A stretch of DNA of 64,000 bases from NCBI GenBank assembly GCA_963767925.1, contig CAVYGB010000002.1, positions 1,248,001 to 1,312,000 of the forward strand, in the 5' to 3' direction. Source of the DNA: an uncultured delta proteobacterium (GTDB lineage: Bacteria; Myxococcota_A; Polyangia; Fen-1088). Shown piece after piece: positions 1 through 12,005 of the stretch (the stretch's first letter is position 1; each line of letters starts with the position of its first letter). Both the position numbers and the translations under genes were made by a program. Below the pieces are notes generated by a model. It was not told the origin of the DNA. It did no database searches and saw only the letters and a list, made by a program, of their open reading frames with translations.

Positions 1-215
1 CCGTCGGCGCTGACCCGATAGTCCCCGGAGATCTCCGGCTCACCGACCACCCGCACCTGAAAGACGTCGTCCACGCCCAGCCGTTCATCGAAGCCGACGA
101 CCGGCTCGAGGGCGTCGGCGGCCGGCGGTGGGGACGTGGCCGCACTATGACCGCAGCCCAGCGTCCCGAGGATCAAGGCGAGCGCAACGGAGAGGGAGGG
201 TCGGGCGGGGATCAT
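1..215 (-). CDS. OPX/Wza-family polysaccharide export lipoprotein (N-terminal part; runs off the window)
   Basis: Manual translation from ATG at 215: MIPARPSLSVALALILGTLGC (lipobox) ... RLGVDDVFQVRVVGEPEISGDYRVSADG, a Poly_export/PES-type motif. Not in the supplied ORF track. Confidence 0.8.
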   Translation of the reverse strand, partial: MIPARPSLSVALALILGTLGCGHSAATSPPPAADALEPVVGFDERLGVDDVFQVRVVGEPEISGDYRVSAD

Positions 216-230
216 GGAATGAATGCGCCG

Positions 231-1542
231 CTAGTAGGTGATGCCGAGGCGGCCGAGGATCACGTGTTTGGCGTAGTCCGCCTCCGGGATCGGCGACGGC
301 CACCGCGGTGGTGTCCTCCGACCGGGAGATCAGGTTGGTGTAGCTGGCGCCCACGTAGAACCAGCGCTGGAACTGCAAGTCCGCCTGGACCCGCGTCTGG
401 AAGACGTGGTCCGTCCGGTGGATGGGCGCCATCATCTGGAAGCCCTTGTAGCGGCGGTACTCGTAGCGGCCACCCGCCGTCAGCTGCACAGGCCCGATCC
501 GCTGGCCGATGCCGAGATCGGCGGCGTCGAGGTCGTAGTAGTTGCCGAGCACCGGCGAATCGCGGAACTCGTGCGCGTACGAGGCAGCGAAGGTGGTCAT
601 CTCCGTGGCGTTGAAGTTGAGACCGACCTGGGCAGCGACGTTGCTGGCGCCCGTCGGGTCGACTGCTGTCGTCGTCGTAGATGGCGTCCGCGTAGCCAAC
701 GCCCGAGCGGCGAGCGCCAGCTTCGGCGTCACGAGACCGCGGAGACCGACCAGCGCCCGGTAGGGAATCGAGTTGAACTTTCCCTGCGGCCTCGGCGTCC
801 TCGCTGAGGTATTGGATGTAGCCTGCACCGAGCTGGAGGAAGATCGAGGTCTTCGGCAACCACCGCCACGAGGTGTCGATGCAGTCCGTCGTGCCCCATC
901 CGGTTGCCGAACGCGAAGTCGTCGCCTTCGAAGATGTCGAGCGTGTTGGTGTAGCGAGGCGTGATCTGGATGCGCCCGCCACCGGGCGCCAGGCCGGCCT
1001 GAAGGACCGCGACGTTGAAGTCGCGGGTGATGGGAGACAGGCCGGGCTCGTAGGGCGGATCCTGAAGGCGGGTGAACTGATCCGAGAGCGCAACGGACTG
1101 GCCGCCCGAGTTGTAGCCGAGCGAGGCCGAGAAGGTAGGATTGAAGGCCCGTCTGCGCCTTGACGTCCTCGTTCTTCGCTCAGGTACTCGCGGTAGAGCA
1201 GGCTGGCGCCGACGGAATACTGAAGGGCGGGCTGAGCTCTCCTCGCGGGCCGAGTTGGTGATCTCCGACGAACGGGCGTGACCTGAACGGTGCCCGAGTC
1301 GATCTTCTGAGCGTCGTTGTAAAAGACGTTGGTGTCGTAGCCCGCCTCGGCGGTGACGCCGACCTTCAGGTAGACGCCCTCGCCGATCATCATGCCGCCG
1401 GTACCAGCCGGCCGTGCTGATTCCGGTGTCGGCGACAGCCGAGCGCTGAACCGGGCTCGACGCCTGAGCGAGCGCCGCCGGCGCCTGCGAACACGAGGAA
1501 CAGACCTCCCGCCAGAACGGCAACGGCCGATTTCCTGAACAC
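231..1542 (-). CDS. Outer-membrane beta-barrel protein (BBP2/EpsX-WzpB-like partner of OPX); frameshifted
   Basis: Signal peptide (GTG 1542, FRKSAVAVLAGGLFLVFAG); GVTAEAGYDTNVF motif; amphipathic strands spread over ORFs 260..1393, 729..1580 and 145..828; C-terminal beta-signal YAKHVILGRLGITY* (stop 231); directly upstream of the OPX gene. Confidence 0.7.
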
Positions 1543-1620
1543 CCCATCTCCTCGAGTCGCATTAGTAGATAGCAAGGCAATCCCCCAGCACGTCAGGTTG
1601 TGGCTCCGGACACCCACCAG

Positions 1621-2229
1621 CTAGTAAGGGCTGGCCTTGGGCGGGCGAAGGATCGTAGGAATTCGCGGCGCGGTCGGCTGCGTCGGGTCGCCCACCGGCA
1701 CGCCTTCCACGTTGACGTCCACCCGGGTGGCGCCGACGTAGGACATGTCCTCACCGACGCATGCCTCTGCCTCGTTGGCGAGGACCTGGACGTTCTGGTT
1801 CACGATGGTCAGCCGCGTGTACTCGTGGAAGGCGGTGCTCTCGTCCTGGCGGCCGATGGCCTCTTGCAGGGAGGTGAGCGCCTTCTCCGACACGTTCATG
1901 TTGGCTCGCACCTGCACCAGCTTGTCGGCCAGGCAGTTGAACCGGATGATGTCCTTTTGCTTGCGCGCGTTCTCGACCAGCGCCTGGATGCGCGCGCCCG
2001 CCTCCGAGATCCGTTTCTGGTATTCGGTGGCGTTGTTCAGCATGTCCTGCGGTGTCAGTGTGGGTCGCTGCTGAACGCGGAGGTCGACCGACGCGGGTGG
2101 CCCCTCACCCGGAGGGCCGGTCGGCGGGGCCGGATCGGCCGGAGGAGGTCCGGGATCGGACGGTGCAGGCTGAGCCATGACGGCTCCACTGAAGAATAGG
2201 GCTCCGAAGGCTAGATTCCGCAGGCGCAT
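1621..2229 (-). CDS. Secreted helical hypothetical protein with two Cys
   Basis: MRLRNLAFGALFFSGAVMA signal peptide, Pro-rich linker, helical region KQKDIIRFNCLADKL...EAEACVGE; high-GC3 codons (3' part of ORF 1621..3267). Confidence 0.75.
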   Translation of the reverse strand: MRLRNLAFGALFFSGAVMAQPAPSDPGPPPADPAPPTGPPGEGPPASVDLRVQQRPTLTPQDMLNNATEYQKRISEAGARIQALVENARKQKDIIRFNCLADKLVQVRANMNVSEKALTSLQEAIGRQDESTAFHEYTRLTIVNQNVQVLANEAEACVGEDMSYVGATRVDVNVEGVPVGDPTQPTAPRIPTILRPPKASPY

Positions 2230-2654
2230 GCTGGACCTCAGGGTGGCGGGGTGGGTTCTTGTAGCGACCGGGACTGCGAGGGCGTCTCGCAGAGGCAGTC
2301 GGTACGACGAACGGTCGAAGTATAACGGTTCTTGGAATATTTGGTCAATCAAAGAAATGGGGTCGTGAACGGACAGCAACGGGTCGGCGACGGACGTTTC
2401 GCGTGTCCCGCGCTGTTGGCTGCTCTCGACGTCTCTGTCGAGTTGCGCTCTCGAGTTTCGTCTCGACAGTCTCGGAAGCTTCACGCCCGGACTGGATCCG
2501 GGTTTTGCCTGGCCGAGCGTTTTCCAGGGCCCGGCCTCGACCCCCTCGCTGTCGGGAACGTCGACCGGCTTGGAGCCCCACAAGGGAAAGGTAGAGCGGC
2601 GGCCGGAGTGGGGGAGTCCCCAGGGGGCCTGTTTTCCCGGGGATCCGGGCAGGG

Positions 2655-3227
2655 TCAGGGCGAACCAGGGACCGGGAAGGGGGGCAGGTCCAGGCGGCCG
2701 AGGGTCAGCGGCTGGAGCTGCTGATCCTTGGGCGATACCAGGGGATGTGCGGAAGGCCACGTGATGGCCAGGCCGGGATCGTCCCAGCGAATACCCTTCT
2801 GGTCGGTGGGACCGGAGTAGTAGTCGCTGCACTTGTAGAGCACCTCGGCGCCCTCGGCCCCCTCTGGCACACAGAAGCCGTGGGCGAAGCCGGGGGGGAC
2901 GTAGAGCTGGAGGCGGTTGCCGGCGCTCAGCAGCTCGGCGGTCCAGCGGCCGAAGGTGGGCGATCCCCGGCGGATGTCCACCGCCACGTCGTAGATCGCC
3001 CCCCGCAGGACCCGCACCAGCTTGGCCTGCGGGCGGGCGAGCTGGTAGTGCAGGCCCCGCAGGGTGCCGGCGACCGAGAACGACTGGTTGTCCTGCACGA
3101 AGACCGGCAGGCCGGCCTCGGCGGCCCGGTCGGCCCGGAAGCTCTCGAACAGGTAGCCGCGGCTGTCCTCGTGGACGGCGGGGGCGAGGAGCAGGACACC
3201 GGGCAGCGACGTTTTGCGGATCTCCAC
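2655..3227 (-). CDS. rmlC: dTDP-4-dehydrorhamnose 3,5-epimerase
   Basis: DSRGYLFESF, FVQDNQSFS, GTLRGLHYQ, QAKLVRV, DVAVDIRRGSPTFG, PPGFAHGF, YKC motifs. Confidence 0.95.
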   Translation of the reverse strand: MEIRKTSLPGVLLLAPAVHEDSRGYLFESFRADRAAEAGLPVFVQDNQSFSVAGTLRGLHYQLARPQAKLVRVLRGAIYDVAVDIRRGSPTFGRWTAELLSAGNRLQLYVPPGFAHGFCVPEGAEGAEVLYKCSDYYSGPTDQKGIRWDDPGLAITWPSAHPLVSPKDQQLQPLTLGRLDLPPFPVPGSP

Positions 3228-3307
3228 GTTGTTGTTCTCTCTGGTCCGTCCGATGGCCCATCCCCAACCCCTCCTTCCCCCCGCTCGGCTGTCGTCCCGC
3301 TAGCGCT

Positions 3308-4190
3308 TCAGGGCAGCTTCCCCGGCTCGTTGAGCAGGCCCCCGAGGTAGCTGCCGTAGTCGGAGCCTTTCAGCTCGGCGGCCAGGCGCTCCACCTCGGC
3401 GGCGCCGATGAACCCCATCCGGTAGGCCACCTCCTCCGGTACACCCACCCGCAAGCCTTGCCGCTGCTCCAGCGACCCCACGAACTGCGAGGCCTGCAGC
3501 AGAGAATCCGGCGTCCCCGTGTCGAGCCAGGCGAAGCCCCGTCCGAGCTGCTCGACCCGCAGGGTGCCCCGGCGCAGGTATTCGGCGTTCAGATCGGTGA
3601 TCTCCAGCTCGCCCCGGGCAGAAGGCCGCAGGGCCTGTGCAATACGCACGACCTCGGCGTCGTAGAAATACAGGCCGGTGACGGCGTAATTCGATTTGGG
3701 GCGGGTCGGCTTTTCTTCGATGCTGAGGGCATTGCCGCGGGCGTCGAATTCCACCACGCCGTACCGTTGCGGGATCTTTGACGTAATAGGCGAAGACCGT
3801 CGCCCCCTGGGCGCGGCCGGCCGCCTTCTGGACGGTCTGGGCCAGCCCATGCCCGTGAAAGATGTTGTCCCCCAGGACCAGGCTGGCCGGGCCACCGTCG
3901 AGGAACTGGCGGGCGATCAGGAAGGCCTGGGCGATCCCCTCGGGCTTCGGTTGCGGCTGGTAGGCGAAGCGCACCCCCCAGCGGTCGCCCGAGCCCAGCA
4001 GCTCCTCGAAGCGGGGCAGGTCCCGGGGGGTCGAGATGATGAGGATGTCGCGGATCCCCGCCAGCATGAGGGTGCTGAGCGGGTAGTAGATCATGGGCTT
4101 GTCGAACACCGGCAGGAGCTGCTTGCTGACAACGCGGGTGGCGGGATAAAGGCGACTGCCCGCGCCTCCCGCCAGGACGATGCCCTTCAT
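3308..4190 (-). CDS. rmlA: Glucose-1-phosphate thymidylyltransferase (frameshift near 3775)
   Basis: [18 protein letters not shown]...[26 protein letters not shown] in one frame; [42 protein letters not shown] in the next. Confidence 0.93.
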
Positions 4191-4236
4191 GTCCGTCCCC
4201 TCGTCGTGGCCCTTGCCGGGCCCGCGCCGGCGCCGC

Positions 4237-5280
4237 TCACTGGGCCCGCTCCCGGCCAACGGCCCGCTGCAGGCGCTCCCGGTATTGTGAGTCGTAGTAG
4301 CTGGTGTACTCCCCGCTGGTCACCCGCCGCCACCAGGGCCGGTTGTCGAGGTACCACTTCACTGTCGCCTCCAGCCCCCCCTCGAAGGCGTGGCGGGGGC
4401 TCCAGCCGAGCTCGCCGCGCAGCTTGCTCGAGTCGATGGCGTAGCGCCGGTCGTGCCCGGGGCGATCTTGCACGTACCGGATCAGGCTCTCTGGCTTGCC
4501 GAGGATCTGCAAGATGCGACGGACGACGTGCAGATTGCCGAGCTCGTCGTTGCTGCCGATGTTGTAGACCTGGCCCGGGCGGCCGGCCGTCAGCAGCAGG
4601 GCCAGCGCCGCGCAGTGGTCCTCGACATGCAGCCACTCGCGCACGTTGAGGCCGTCGCCGTACACCGGCAACCCCTTGTCCTCGAGGGCGTTGAGGATCA
4701 TGAGCGGGATCAGCTTCTCCGGGAACTGATAGGGCCCGTAGTTGTTCGAGCAGCGGCTGACCACCACGTCCATGCCGAAGGTGTGATGATAGGCGAGCGC
4801 CAGCAGGTCGGCGCTGGCCTTCGAGGCCGAGTAGGGGCTCGAGGGGGCCAGGGGGGTCGTCTCGGTGAAGTGCCCGGTCGGCCCCAGCGAGCCGTACACC
4901 TCGTCGGTCGAGACTTGCAGGAAGCGCCGCACGCCCGCCCGGCGGGCCGCCTCGAGCAAGGTGGCGGTGCCCAGCACGTTGGTCCGGCAGAAAACCTCCG
5001 GCCCGAGGATCGAGCGATCGACGTGGCTCTCGGCGGCCAGGTGCAAGATGGCCTCGATGCCCTCGCCCTTGAGCAGCTCGCCGAGCAGCTCGCGGTCGCA
5101 GACGTCGCCGCGCACGAACCGGTGGCGCGGCTCGCCCTCGAGGTCGCTCAGGCTCTCGAGGTTGCCCGCGTAGGTGAGGCAGTCGAGGTTGACGACCTCC
5201 AGCTCGGGATGGTGCCGCAACAGATAGCGGACCAGGTTGGACCCGATGAACCCACAACCGCCTGTGACGAGAACCCGCAT
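4237..5280 (-). CDS. rmlB: dTDP-glucose 4,6-dehydratase
   Basis: [73 protein letters not shown]. Confidence 0.96.
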   Translation of the reverse strand: MRVLVTGGCGFIGSNLVRYLLRHHPELEVVNLDCLTYAGNLESLSDLEGEPRHRFVRGDVCDRELLGELLKGEGIEAILHLAAESHVDRSILGPEVFCRTNVLGTATLLEAARRAGVRRFLQVSTDEVYGSLGPTGHFTETTPLAPSSPYSASKASADLLALAYHHTFGMDVVVSRCSNNYGPYQFPEKLIPLMILNALEDKGLPVYGDGLNVREWLHVEDHCAALALLLTAGRPGQVYNIGSNDELGNLHVVRRILQILGKPESLIRYVQDRPGHDRRYAIDSSKLRGELGWSPRHAFEGGLEATVKWYLDNRPWWRRVTSGEYTSYYDSQYRERLQRAVGRERAQ

Positions 5281-5308
5281 TCGCTTGCCTCTGTGCGGCC
5301 GCCGCGGC

Positions 5309-6736
5309 TCAGTTCGAAGCTTGGAAGACGAAGGGGAAGGAGACCTCGACCGCGCCACCCTTCGGTGCGGGGAAGCGCCAGCGGCCGACGAGGCTGCTTG
5401 ATGCAGCTCGCGACCTCGGAGTCGCCCATGGTGTCGGACTCGATGTCGACGCCCTGGACGGTGCCGGCCGCGGTGATGGTCCAGTGGAGCGACGATCTTG
5501 CCGGTCAGGCTTGGGGTTGCGCTTGAGGCGCCCGCTCGTAGCAGCCCTTGATGGCGCCCATGCGCGCCCGCACCTCCCTGGCCACGACGCCAGGGTCGAG
5601 CTCGCCGTCGACGGCGGGGGCCTCGCTCTTGACGACGGCGTTGACCCGTCGCTCCGGCCCCACGTTGCCGGTGCTGCCGCCGGCGATCTCCCCGCTGCCG
5701 CGCAGGCCGGTGATGCTCGCCACCTTGCCCGAGCCGCCGGTGCCCGTCTTGATCCCGCGCAGCGAGGCGTCGCCGGTGGCGACGGTGAGGCCGCCGACAC
5801 CCTGGAAGGCCTTCTCCTGGTCGCGATCGACGTCGCCCTTGCCGAGCACGTCGGCGATCGAGCCCTCGCCGTCGGCCTTGGCCCCCAGCAGCTTGAGGAT
5901 GCCGGTGTTCTTGACCGCCTCGGCCAGCCGGGCCCGCCGCTCGTCGGCCTGCCGCTGCTTCTCGGCGGCGGCCTGGGCCTTCTCCTCCTCGGTCGGCTCG
6001 CGCCGCTTGCCCTCGGACTTGGGCTGCTCCTTCTTCTCCGCCGCCTCTTCCTTCTTTCTTCTTCGACCTTCTCCTCGGCGACGACCTGGGGCGGTGGCTC
6101 GGGCTTCTTCACCACCATCTGCACGAAGCGGTCGGGGATCTCCTCGACGTCCAGCTCGCGGGGCCAGTCGACGTTGCGCAGGTAGACCACCATCGCCAGG
6201 TGGGCCACGAACGAGGTCACCGCGATGCGTGGTGAAGAACCAGTCGAGGTTGCTGGCGAAGCGTGCCCGCGCACCGAGGCGGGCAGCTGTGGCCGCGGCT
6301 GGGGCGGCGGCGGCGTGACGAACTGGAAGAGGACCGTGACGTCGCCGAAGGTGATCTTCCCGCGCGAGCGCTCGTCGAGCAGCATGACCCAGGCGGGGCC
6401 CTGCTTGCGGATCTTCTGGCTCTGCTTGAGCTGGGCCAGCGAGATGACCTCGTTGCCCACGGCGATGCGGGCGTCCATGGCGTCGGCGAAGTGGGCCACG
6501 TAACCCCGGGGCGTGGCGGTGAACAGCACCCACTGGCGCGGCAAGGCCTCGGACGGGACGACGAACATGTTCTTCGCCGACTGCCCGATGGTGATGTTCT
6601 CGCGCTGGCGGACCAGCCGCTCCTCGACGATGCGTCCACCCTGGACGATGCCGATGCGGAGGATCTTCGGCTTCTGGATGGTCGTGGGGGTACCGTACGC
6701 TGCTGCTCGCGCCGCCTGGCTGGCCATGGGGGACAT
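5309..6736 (-). CDS. gltG: GltG/PglI/NfsG-like protein (FHA-like N-terminus, TM, coiled coil, AgmX/PglI TonB-C-like C-terminus); several frameshifts
   Basis: KILRIGIVQGGRIVEERL N-terminus; TM FVAHLAMVVYL; IPDRFVQMVV; GILKLLG; C-terminal RMGAIKGCYER ... WRFPAPKGGAVEVSFPFVF; follows gltF. Confidence 0.8.
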   Translation of the reverse strand: MSPMASQAARAAAYGTPTTIQKPKILRIGIVQGGRIVEERLVRQRENITIGQSAKNMFVVPSEALPRQWVLFTATPRGYVAHFADAMDARIAVGNEVISLAQLKQSQKIRKQGPAWVMLLDERSRGKITFGDVTVLFQFVTPPPPQPRPQLPASVRGHASPATSTGSSPRIAVTSFVAHLAMVVYLRNVDWPRELDVEEIPDRFVQMVVKKPEPPPQVVAEEKVEEERRKRRRRRRSSPSPRASGASRPRRRRPRPPPRSSGRPTSGGPGWPRRSRTPASSSCWGPRPTARARSPTCSARATSIATRRRPSRVSAASPSPPATPRCAGSRRAPAARARWRASPACAAAGRSPAAAPATWGRSDGSTPSSRARPPPSTASSTLASWPGRCGRAWAPSRAATSGRLKRNPKPDRQDRRSTGPSPRPAPSRASTSSPTPWATPRSRAASSSLVGRWRFPAPKGGAVEVSFPFVFQASN

Positions 6737-6746
6737 CTACTCCGGG

Positions 6747-7165
6747 CTAGAACGGGGCGGCTGCTACGCTCTCGACGATCTTGGGGACGAAGTCCTGCTT
6801 CAGGTCTTGCCAGTCGTAGTTGATGCTCGACTTCTGCAGGACGTAAAAGGCCTCTGGCTTCTGGATCTTGCCCTCGATGCGGAGGGCGTCGGTGATCCGG
6901 TAGACCTTCTTGCCGCCGGCCCCGCGCTCGACCGTCACCTTGGGGCTCTGGGTGGCCGTGCCGGTGGCGGCGGCGGTCGCGGTCTGGGCCGCCGTCTGCG
7001 CCGGCGGTTCGCCCGGCCGGCCGGTCGAGCGGGAGCCTCCGCCGGCGCCGGCTGCTGGGCCCACGCCGGCGCGGCCAGCAGCAGGACGGCGGCGTTTGCC
7101 ACCAGCCAGGACAGCGGGCGCGGCTTGCTGGAGAGATGAGCGGGGCTATTTCGCATGGCCTTCAT
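6747..7165 (-). CDS. gltF: GltF/CglF-like small gliding protein (frameshift in the Pro/Ala-rich N-terminal part)
   Basis: Signal peptide (AAVLLLAAPAWA) and conserved C-terminus IEGKIQKPEAFYVLQKSSINYDWQDLKQDFVPKIVESVAAAPF; lies between gltE- and gltG-like genes. Confidence 0.8.
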
Positions 7166-7209
7166 CGTATCGATCCTTGTGTGAGCCTTGTGTGAGCCTT
7201 GTGGTTGGT

Positions 7210-8312
7210 TCACGGTGTCGAGGGCGGCAGCGGCTTGTCCTCGGCCGGGTTCGGCGCGGGGGCGGGGGTCGGCGGCAGCGACGGCTCCGGTGAGCCGGCC
7301 GGAGCGCCCGGCCCGGCCTGGCCGGTCTGCCCCGCCTCTGCGGGCGTGGGCGTCGCGGTCTTCTGCGCGGCCCGGGCCCGATCCCGCTCGGCCTGCGCCT
7401 TCTGCCGCTCGATCCGCTTTTGTTCCTTGCCGATCTTGTCCTGGGCCTCGGCCACGTAGGTCTCGACCGGGTCACCGCCGCGGGCGAGCAGGTTGCCCAT
7501 CATCTGCTTGTACCGCTGGAAGTGTCCGAGCGCGGTGTTCAGCTTGGCGATGGTGTCCATGTTGGGCATCTTGTCGGCGTCCAGGTACAGGATTCCCAGG
7601 TGAAAGACTGCGTCGGCATAGTTGGGAAAGAGCTGTAGCGCCTTCTGGTAGGACCCCTCCGCCCTGTCGTAGTCCTTCAGCCCCCGGTAGGCGCTGCCCA
7701 GGTTGAGGAACGCCTTGGCGAAGGCCGGGTTGAGCTCGACCGCCTTCTCCAGGACCGGCGTCGCGTCGCGGTAGTTCTTCGCCTCCAGGTACTGCGCCCC
7801 GAGGTTGTTCCACAGGACGGGGTTCTCGGGCCGCGCCTCGGCGGCCTTCTTCAACATGTCGATGGCGCCGGGGACGTTCTTCTTCTCGATCTCCATCCAG
7901 GCCAGCAGGTGGTACATCTCGGCCTGCTCGGCCTGGGTGGCGCTGTTCGCCTGCATCATCTTCCACAGGTGGCGGACCCACTCGTGCTTGCGCAGCTTGT
8001 AGTAGGCCTTCGCCATCACCAGCATGGCCGGCGTGTACTTGTCGTTCTTGGTCAGGGCCAGCCTTGGCCTGGGCGACCGCCCCGTTGAAGTTGCCGGCCG
8101 TGTAGAGCTTCTGGGCCTCGGCCGTCTCCGCCACCGGGGTCACGGCCGCCGGCGGCGTGCGCCGGCGCCGCCCCTGCCCGGGGACCGCGCCATCACCGCT
8201 GGCCGGCGCCGCGGCCGGCGCCTCCGCGGGAGCCTGGGCCAGCGCGCTCGGACCCGGCGCCAGCAGCAGCGCCAGGGCCAGGGTCCGCGGATGCCGTCTT
8301 GCAGAGGGTCAT
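7210..8312 (-). CDS. gltE: GltE/AglT-like TPR protein; frameshifted at the 5' end
   Basis: TPR repeats WNNLGAQY, AFLNLGSAYRGLKDY, AVFHLGILYLDAD, then coiled coil KEQKRIERQK; ATG at 8312 overlaps the upstream stop (ATGA). Confidence 0.75.
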
Positions 8313-11300
8313 GGCTGCTCCAGTTGAGGACGTTCGTCCTTCACGAAGGGGAACTCGTCGGGGAGGTACTTCGACAGGTTCTCCCGGGCCTTCTTCACGT
8401 ATTCGTTGGTCACCCCGAACTCGGCGGCCCGCTCCAAGGTGGCCTTCCACTCGTTCTTGGCCACGTCCTCCACCTGGGTGACGTAGCTGCAGGATGCCGT
8501 CCTTGTATTCGGTCTCGGCCATCCCGCACAGGCTGGGGTCGGCCCGGCAGGCCTTCTTGCCGATTGCCACGACCTCCTTGGGGGGCTCGTCGGCGGCCTT
8601 GATCAGCTTCTGGCCGAACTCGTAGAAGATGTCGCCGCCGCGCAGCAGCGAGGCCAGGGTCCAGGTGGCGTCCTTGTAGTCCCAGACCCTCTTGTATTCG
8701 TCCTGCAGCTTCGGCGTCGGCGATGAAGTCCTCGATCACCTTGCCGGCCTTCTTGGCGTCGGTCAGGCGGAGGGCGCGGGCCTGGAAGGTGGCGAACTTC
8801 TCCTCGGCCAGCAGGAACTCGGCCTTGGCCGCCGCCGCCGCCGCCGGCGAGGGCGCCGGCAGCCTGCGCTGGACGAACTCGTCCCGGACCTTCTGGTAGG
8901 CGCGCATGGTGGCGTTGCGGTCCTTGCCCTGCTCGGCCAGGGCGGCCAGCTTCAGGTACGACCCGACGACGAACTCACCGGCCTCCGGCTGGTTGCCGTA
9001 TTGCGGTTCAGCTCGTTGAGGCACTGCCGCTGCTTGCTGCTGTCGCGCAGCTTCTCGTGGGCGTTGCAGGCGAAGAAGAAGGCCTCCGCCGAGTCCCGCG
9101 GCTTGTCGGCGACCGCGTCGGAGTAGCGCCGGTACAGGGTGGCCGCCCGCGCGTATTGCTGGTCGTTGTCCAGCAGGGTGGCCGCCAGGCCCAGCGCCTC
9201 CTTGCGGTGCTCGTGTCTGGGCGAACTTGGGGTCCTCGGCCATCTTGAGGTAGCCGGAGACCGCGGCGTCGAAGTTGAAGAAGCGCTCGTTGTTCTTGGC
9301 CGCGTTCCAGACCGCGTCCTTGCCCTCGGGCGTGTCGGGGTAGTCCCGGGCCAGGCGCTCGTAGCAGCGAGTGGCCTCGCCGTACTGGAAGATGCGCTCG
9401 TAGATGACGCAGACGTTGTTGAGGTTCTTGGGGGCGTCGGTGTCCTTGGGGTTCTGGTTGACCAGATCGACGAGGTCGAGGGCCAGACCCACGTCCATCT
9501 CGGTCGAGACCTTGCCACCCGCGCCGGGGCGCCGGCGGCCGCCGGGCCGCCGGGCACGCCGGGAGCGCCCGGGTCGGCGCCGCGCCCGGGCTGCCGGTGC
9601 GGGCCCCGCCGCCCGTCACCATGGCGATGCCGCCCGCCGCCCTCGCGGCAGACAGTCAGCTGGCGCTCGGTCCCCTTCTCTTCGTTCTCGATGGCCAGCT
9701 CGAGCCGCTTGGTGATGATCTTGGACTTGACCGAGGAGCGGATCTGGGTGATGCGCGCCACGTAGGGTCCGGCCGCCGGGTTCTTGCTGCAGGGGGATTC
9801 GGTGAACTGCTCGGAGATGGTGAGCAGGCGGCCCAGGGCGCAGTCCTGCTGCTCCTCGTCGGCCACCCCGTAGTCGATGAAGTAGGTCTTTAGCAGGGCG
9901 TCGTAGGCCTTGAACCCGATCTCCGGCTTGGTGCTGCAGTAGTTCTCGGTGATCTGCGAGAGGCGCCCGCGGGCCTCGGGCCAGTTGCGGTAGCGGAGCT
10001 GCAACACGGCGGCGGCGTAGCGCAGGTCGGCCGTTCGCTCGTCGTTGATGTGCTGGGTGTACCAGTCGATCGCCCCGACGTACTTCTGGTAGATCTCGGG
10101 CATGGCGAGGGGGGCGACCGGCGGCTTGGTGTTGCTCTCGTCGGGGATGGGCGGGATCTGTCGAGCTGGCGCGCCGGTCTTCATCCGCTCGATGATGTCC
10201 TCGTAGGCCTTGATGACGTAGTAGGCGGCGTCGCGCTGGAAGCGGTTGTCCAGCACCGAGTCGCGCACCGTCGTGTAGGCGGCGATGGCCCGGTCGAATT
10301 GCTCGGAGTAGTAGAGGGCGTCGGCGTGGAAGATGCTGAACTCGTAGGCCCGCTTGGCGTTGGGGTAGGCGTTCAGGTACTTCTCGTACAGCTCGGCCGA
10401 GGTCTGGTAGAGCGGCTTGCACTCGACCAGCTTGGTCAGGTCCTTCGCCTCGACCGCCCGGGAGCGGCAGGCCTGGGCCGCCGCGTGGACGTTGGTGGCG
10501 GCGTTCAGCAGCGCGTCCTCGGACAGCTGCTGGGCGGCGTTCAGGGCGTCCGGGTTGTTCCGGTTCTCCTGGTACCAGTCGGTGCCCTTGACGTACAGCC
10601 GCCCGAGCTGCTCACGCTCCTTGGCGGCGGCGACCATGTTGCGGTCCCGCTCGTAGGCCTGGACGATGCGATCCTGGATCTTGGGGGCCTCGGCGTAGAA
10701 GGGCCACTTGACCAGCAGGGCCTTGAAGACGGCGATCGCCTCGGGGTACTGGGTGGCGTCGAAGTAGATCTCGCCCAGCCGCTGGATAGACCTCCTTGAC
10801 GTGGGGCTCGTTCTCCCGGCCCCGGTAGAAGCCCTCGACCCGCTGCAGACCGGTCTCGGCGTCGGGCACGCTGTCGCCGTTCCAGTCGGGCTCGGAGAAG
10901 CTGACGCCGAGGTACTGGATGGCCTCCGGCCGCAGGTCGGAGCCGAACTTGTCGCCGGCCGACTTCTTGTCGTCGGCCCACTTGACCAGGCTGTCGAACT
11001 CGCGGACCGCCTCGGTGAAGTGGTTGTCGCGGTAGTAGGACCAGGCCAGCTTGTACAGCGCCTTGTCGTAGTAGCTCGAGTCGGTGAAGTCGAGCACCTG
11101 CTTGTAGGCCGAGATGGCCTGGGGGAGCTCGGCGTTGTCGAAGTGCATCTCGCCGATGCGGGTCCAGGCCTCGGGCAGGAACTTCGAGTCCTTGCGCACC
11201 GGCTCGCAGTCCTTGTAGAGGTCGACCGGCACGACCGGCCTGGGCGGCGGCGCCTTGGCCACCGCCTTGCGGGACTTGCTCGGCTTGCCCTCGGGCGCCG

Positions 11301-12005
11301 GCGGCTCGGGGGCCGGCACCACGTCGGGCGCGGGCGGATCGAGCGGCTTGTACTTGTTGGCGCAGGTGAGGGCCAGCAGGGCCTGCCGGCCCTCCGCCTC
11401 TTGCCCCATCTCGCCGAGGCAGAAGCCCAGCAGGTAGTAGGCCGCGTCCAGCAGGCGGTAGTTGGGGAAGTCGATCAGCATCCGCCGGTACAGCGAGACG
11501 GTGTTGGTGTATTCGGCCCGGGGCGGCTCGCCCTGGGGCGGGTTGGGCGAATCGAGCGCCTTCTGGTAGGCCTCCTGGGCGACCAGGAACTCGTCCGAGC
11601 GACTTCTCGTAGTAGAGCTCGGCCAGCCGGAACATGGCGTCCGGCGACCAGCGGGCGTCGAGCGGGTACTTGCGCAGGAAGGCCTCGAACATGGCGATGG
11701 CGTCCAGGCGCCGCTCCCGCTCTTCCTTCTCGTTGGCCGCGATCTGGGGCTCGTATTTGCCCTTGATCGCCCTTGAGCTTCTCGTAGTAGGCCCGGCGGA
11801 TGACGACGTTGGCGGCGCCGCGGTAGCCCCGCACCGCCTCCTGGTAGCGGATCAGATCCCGGGCCAGCTCGTCGAGCAGCTTGCCGTCGTTCGGGATCTG
11901 GGAGGGCTCGGCGGCCGCCGCGGGGGGCGGCGGCGGGCTGCCGAGGGCGAGGGCCAGCAGCGCGGGCCAGGCCAGGCGGCGGGCGCGGGCGCGTCCGGTG
12001 GTCAT
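8309..12005 (-). CDS. gltD: Large GltD/AgmU-like TPR protein (about 1230 aa if repaired); multiple frameshifts
   Basis: Signal peptide MTTGRARARRLAWPALLALALG; TPR segments in ORFs 10541..11692, 10612..11481 (AWTRIGEMHFD, YDKALYKLAWSYY), 8952..10637 and 8410..9498; stop 8309 after EFPFVKDERPQLEQP; ATGA-coupled on both sides. Confidence 0.75.
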
